Under the pieces are notes generated by a model. That model saw only the letters and a program-made list of their open reading frames with translations, was not told where the DNA came from and did no database searches. This document shows positions 61,060 through 64,000 of a stretch of 64,000 bases of DNA, piece by piece; the first letter of the stretch is position 1; each line of letters begins with the position of its first letter. This DNA is from an uncultured cyanobacterium. GTDB lineage: Bacteria; Cyanobacteriota; Cyanobacteriia; Phormidesmidales; Phormidesmidaceae. Position numbers and translations under genes: made by a program. Location: positions 512,001-576,000 of the forward strand of contig CAWBZI010000004.1 of NCBI GenBank assembly GCA_963793265.1, written 5' to 3'.

Positions 61060-61959
61060 ATGATAGCGATAGTGTTAAGCCGATTAATACCTAGAGTGGC
61101 GATGACTGCCGCAATAGTGTCAGTTGTTGCCTGTACAAACAAGCTCAAAGACTATACGCAGGTAACAATGCAAGCTAGCCCCTTAGAAGGCGGGCCCCAG
61201 TTGAGTGCAGAAGATCTAGATCAAACAAAGACAATTTTGGAAACGCGATTGGCTGGGCTAGGCGTTGAGCTAGCAGAAGTCGAGACAGTTGAGGCTGATC
61301 AGATTGTTGTGCGACTGCCGCTTGCGGTGAATGCTCAAGCTGCTATCGACGTGCTGACAAATACTGGACAGCTCTATTTACGCAACCAAAAACCTGATAC
61401 CGAAGCAGAACTGGCAAGCAATATTGCTGATTTGCAGCGGCTACTCATAGAACAAAATACGCTGGCGCAAACCGGTAAGCAGACTGAAGCCGATGCTTTG
61501 CAAACGCAGATAGACGAAACTAGAAGGGCAATCTCAGATCTATTTGAGCCCGCTACGATTACAGGCGATCAGCTCTACGATGCCAGGCTACAGCGATCGG
61601 CCCAAAGTAATGATGTTTGGGAGGTGAATATTCAGTTCGATGAAGAGGGCGCTGATAGGTTTGCAGAACAATCGAAGCTAATGGCAGGTACGGGCCGCAG
61701 CATTGGTCTATTTCTAGACGATGTGTTGCTCAGCACCCCCTTGGTAGACGTTGCCTATGCGAAGAATGGTATTACCGGGGGTACGGCGCTCGTCTCTGGA
61801 AACTTTACGAAAGATGCCGCGCAAGATTTGCAGGTGCAGCTAAAAAGTGGAGCCCTGCCTGTGATGCTTGAGGCGGTTGAGCTAATCTCAACCTCAGAAG
61901 GCTCGGAGGGCTCAGGGGGTGGTGAGCCCTCCGAGCCTTCTGAGCCCTCTGAGGAATAA
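61060..61959 (+). CDS. SecD periplasmic-domain-only protein, probable lipoprotein
   Basis: RLAGLGV, QIVVRLP, IGLFLD, SGNFT..A..L...LKSGALPV; lipobox-like VVAC; no C-terminal TM domain. Confidence 0.8.
   Translation: MIAIVLSRLIPRVAMTAAIVSVVACTNKLKDYTQVTMQASPLEGGPQLSAEDLDQTKTILETRLAGLGVELAEVETVEADQIVVRLPLAVNAQAAIDVLTNTGQLYLRNQKPDTEAELASNIADLQRLLIEQNTLAQTGKQTEADALQTQIDETRRAISDLFEPATITGDQLYDARLQRSAQSNDVWEVNIQFDEEGADRFAEQSKLMAGTGRSIGLFLDDVLLSTPLVDVAYAKNGITGGTALVSGNFTKDAAQDLQVQLKSGALPVMLEAVELISTSEGSEGSGGGEPSEPSEPSEE
61893..61944. repeat. Perfect 22-bp inverted repeat with 8-nt loop
   Basis: CTCAGAAGGCTCGGAGGGCTCA / TGAGCCCTCCGAGCCTTCTGAG. Confidence 0.92.
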
Positions 61960-61996
61960 GCCTGATTGAGTCAGGTGGCTTGAGCCGAAAATTGAC

Positions 61997-62788
61997 TTAA
62001 GTGGAAATTGTTGAAACTGAGCCACCGTCTACTCGCCAGTTAGAGCCCACTACGTAGCTCGCCTGCTCTGAGCACAAAAAGGTGATTACGGCGGCAACTT
62101 CTTCAACTCTGCCGCGCCGACCCACTTCAATGCCTGGGCGATTTTCGGCCAAGAAGCTTTTGACGGCTTCGTCCATAGAGACGCCTCTTTCTTCGGAACG
62201 CGATCGCATCATCGCATTGGTCATTGCCGTCTCTACAAACGCAGGCGACACCATGTTTGTAAGTACGCCGTCCTGAGCATAGGCCTTAGAAAGATTCTTG
62301 GTCAGATTCAGCGTGCCAGCCTTGCAGGAACAGTAGGGCATATCTTCGATGTATGGCTGCACTGCATCTTCAGACCCCAACAGTACAATTCGGCCCCATC
62401 CGGCTTTTCTCATCGCTGGAATAAACGCGCGACACACGCGCACCGTGCCCATCAGGTTCACGTTAATCGTGTCCATCCAGCCTTTGTCATCAATCTCCAA
62501 AAAGTCACCCACTGCGCCTGTGATACCCGCTGAGTGCACCAAAATTTCAGCCGCGCCAAAGTGTTCTGTAATCTTATCTCTAGCGGCTTCTACCTGTTCT
62601 ACGCTCGTAATATCTGCCTTTACTGGAAACGGATCGCCAAAGGCTTTTAAGTCGTCAATTTCATCAAAAGAGCGATTTAAAATGGCTACTTTGGCCCCTT
62701 CTTTTAGCAAAATTTCAGCCGTCGCTTTACCAATCCCAGAGTCGCCACCGGTCACGACTGCGACCTTACCTGCCAAACCTAAATCCAT
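61997..62788 (-). CDS. SDR family oxidoreductase
   Basis: TGGDSGIG, YCSCK (YxxxK), VDGG. Confidence 0.93.
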   Translation of the reverse strand: MDLGLAGKVAVVTGGDSGIGKATAEILLKEGAKVAILNRSFDEIDDLKAFGDPFPVKADITSVEQVEAARDKITEHFGAAEILVHSAGITGAVGDFLEIDDKGWMDTINVNLMGTVRVCRAFIPAMRKAGWGRIVLLGSEDAVQPYIEDMPYCSCKAGTLNLTKNLSKAYAQDGVLTNMVSPAFVETAMTNAMMRSRSEERGVSMDEAVKSFLAENRPGIEVGRRGRVEEVAAVITFLCSEQASYVVGSNWRVDGGSVSTIST

Positions 62789-63131
62789 AAAAACTGGTTC
62801 CCCAAAAATAACAAGTCAGTAGCAAGTGTTCAAACCATGATGTTAAACACAGTATTTAAGTCTACATCGCAGCCTTTCTCTTACATCTCTCGGCCATAAA
62901 CGAAAACAACTAAGCAATAATGGATACTTATCTTAAGTTTGAAGCTTGTGTTGAGGTTTGAAACTCAACTAGAAACATATGAGACATCCTCTTTTTCAAT
63001 ACCGCTGATGCTATCACTAGAGCCGATGCTGTAGGCTACTCAGGCATTCTATCCAACCCTCGAAGCGCGCTCATCAGGATTTAACAAAGATCACCCCAAA
63101 AAGAGCCATAAGAAAGAGCCCCTAAAAGACT

Positions 63132-63518
63132 ATGCCAAAGTGGAAACTATCGACAGAATTTACGTTTGACGCCGCGCACTTTATTCGCGACTATGACGGT
63201 CCCTGCGGACGAATGCACGGTCATACCTATCGCGTCAGAGTGGAGGCCACCGCCGATCGGCTTCAGGCTTCAGAATATTGCCCGCATCCATCGATGGTGG
63301 CAGATTTTAGAACGTTGCGCTGGGCTAAAAGAGATTCTTTAAAAGGTGGACTAGACCACTGCGTACTCAACGAGGTGATGCCGCCTGAGTACGAAACCAC
63401 GGCTGAAATGATTGCTCAGTATATTCATGAAAAAACGTGCAAAATGCTACCTGAGCACATCAAGCTGAAGGTTGCAGTTTCGGAGACGCCTGATTCTTGG
63501 GCTGAGTACGAACTGTAG
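63132..63518 (+). CDS. queD: 6-carboxytetrahydropterin synthase
   Basis: FDAAH, CGRMHGHTY, LDH, TTAE, ET; adjacent to queE. Confidence 0.9.
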   Translation: MPKWKLSTEFTFDAAHFIRDYDGPCGRMHGHTYRVRVEATADRLQASEYCPHPSMVADFRTLRWAKRDSLKGGLDHCVLNEVMPPEYETTAEMIAQYIHEKTCKMLPEHIKLKVAVSETPDSWAEYEL

Positions 63519-63612
63519 ATTAAGCATAAAATGTAAGAAAGTAAGCTGCATTCAGACGTATGCGGCGAGGAGTTGGGCTGTAGGATGAAGGAGGTGTATC
63601 AATTAATTCCCT

Positions 63613-64000
63613 ATGGCGATTCTTGCATCTGTAAAAACACGAGTATTGCCCGTTGTCGAAACCTTTCATTCGGTTCAAGGTGAAGGCTTTTGGGCGGGCT
63701 CCAATGCTTTTTTTATTCGACTAGCAGGCTGTGATGTCGGCTGCCCCTGGTGCGATACGAAGCATTCTTGGCCGATGGATAAGCATCCTAAGCATGAGCT
63801 GAGTGATCTAGTCGCTGCCGCCCTGCGCCTAAAACCTTCTATGGTGGTCATTACTGGTGGAGAGCCTTTAATGCACGACCTTACAGATTTAACGATGGCG
63901 CTACACGGCGCGGGCCTTAGCGTACATTTAGAAACGTCAGGGGCTCACCCGTTGAGCGGTCAGTTTGACTGGATTACGCTCTCGCCCAAACGGTATAAGC
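63613..64000 (+). CDS. queE: 7-carboxy-7-deazaguanine synthase (partial, runs off the window)
   Basis: Manual translation: ETFHSVQGEG..FIRLAGCDVGCPWCDTK..VITGGEP..LETSG. Absent from the ORF track. Confidence 0.93.
   Translation, partial: MAILASVKTRVLPVVETFHSVQGEGFWAGSNAFFIRLAGCDVGCPWCDTKHSWPMDKHPKHELSDLVAAALRLKPSMVVITGGEPLMHDLTDLTMALHGAGLSVHLETSGAHPLSGQFDWITLSPKRYK

Noticed and set aside
63132..64000. queD/queE as a dpd DNA-modification island, or with a preQ1 riboswitch
   Set aside because: No dpd genes in the window and no preQ1 consensus recognised upstream; ordinary queuosine synthesis is the simpler reading. Sequence beyond 64000 is unseen.

Overview
Core-genome window from a cyanobacterium, judged from the dense HIP1 octamer GCGATCGC, ndhD, crtW, a PatA-type regulator, Uma2 and DUF4327; finer taxonomy cannot be set from sequence alone. 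It holds housekeeping genes (aroC, recA, thrS, thrB, ndhD, ppx, tldD/tldE, queD, partial queE), signalling genes, TPR proteins, a PecS/PecM-like MarR-EamA module, a RelE/ParE-type toxin-antitoxin pair and many hypothetical genes. I found no rRNA, tRNA, CRISPR array, transposase or prophage, and no clear large new multi-gene system. The best candidate for an under-described module is an HTTM membrane protein with a small upstream partner (15318-17007). Other leads are frameshifted genes the ORF track misses (a sensor kinase, a filamentous haemagglutinin gene and a lipoprotein), a GTAG-type REP doublet, a perfect 22-bp hairpin inside a SecD-like gene, recurrent 15-bp tandem duplications, an operator array and a DnaQ-like protein ending in a clamp-binding-like motif.
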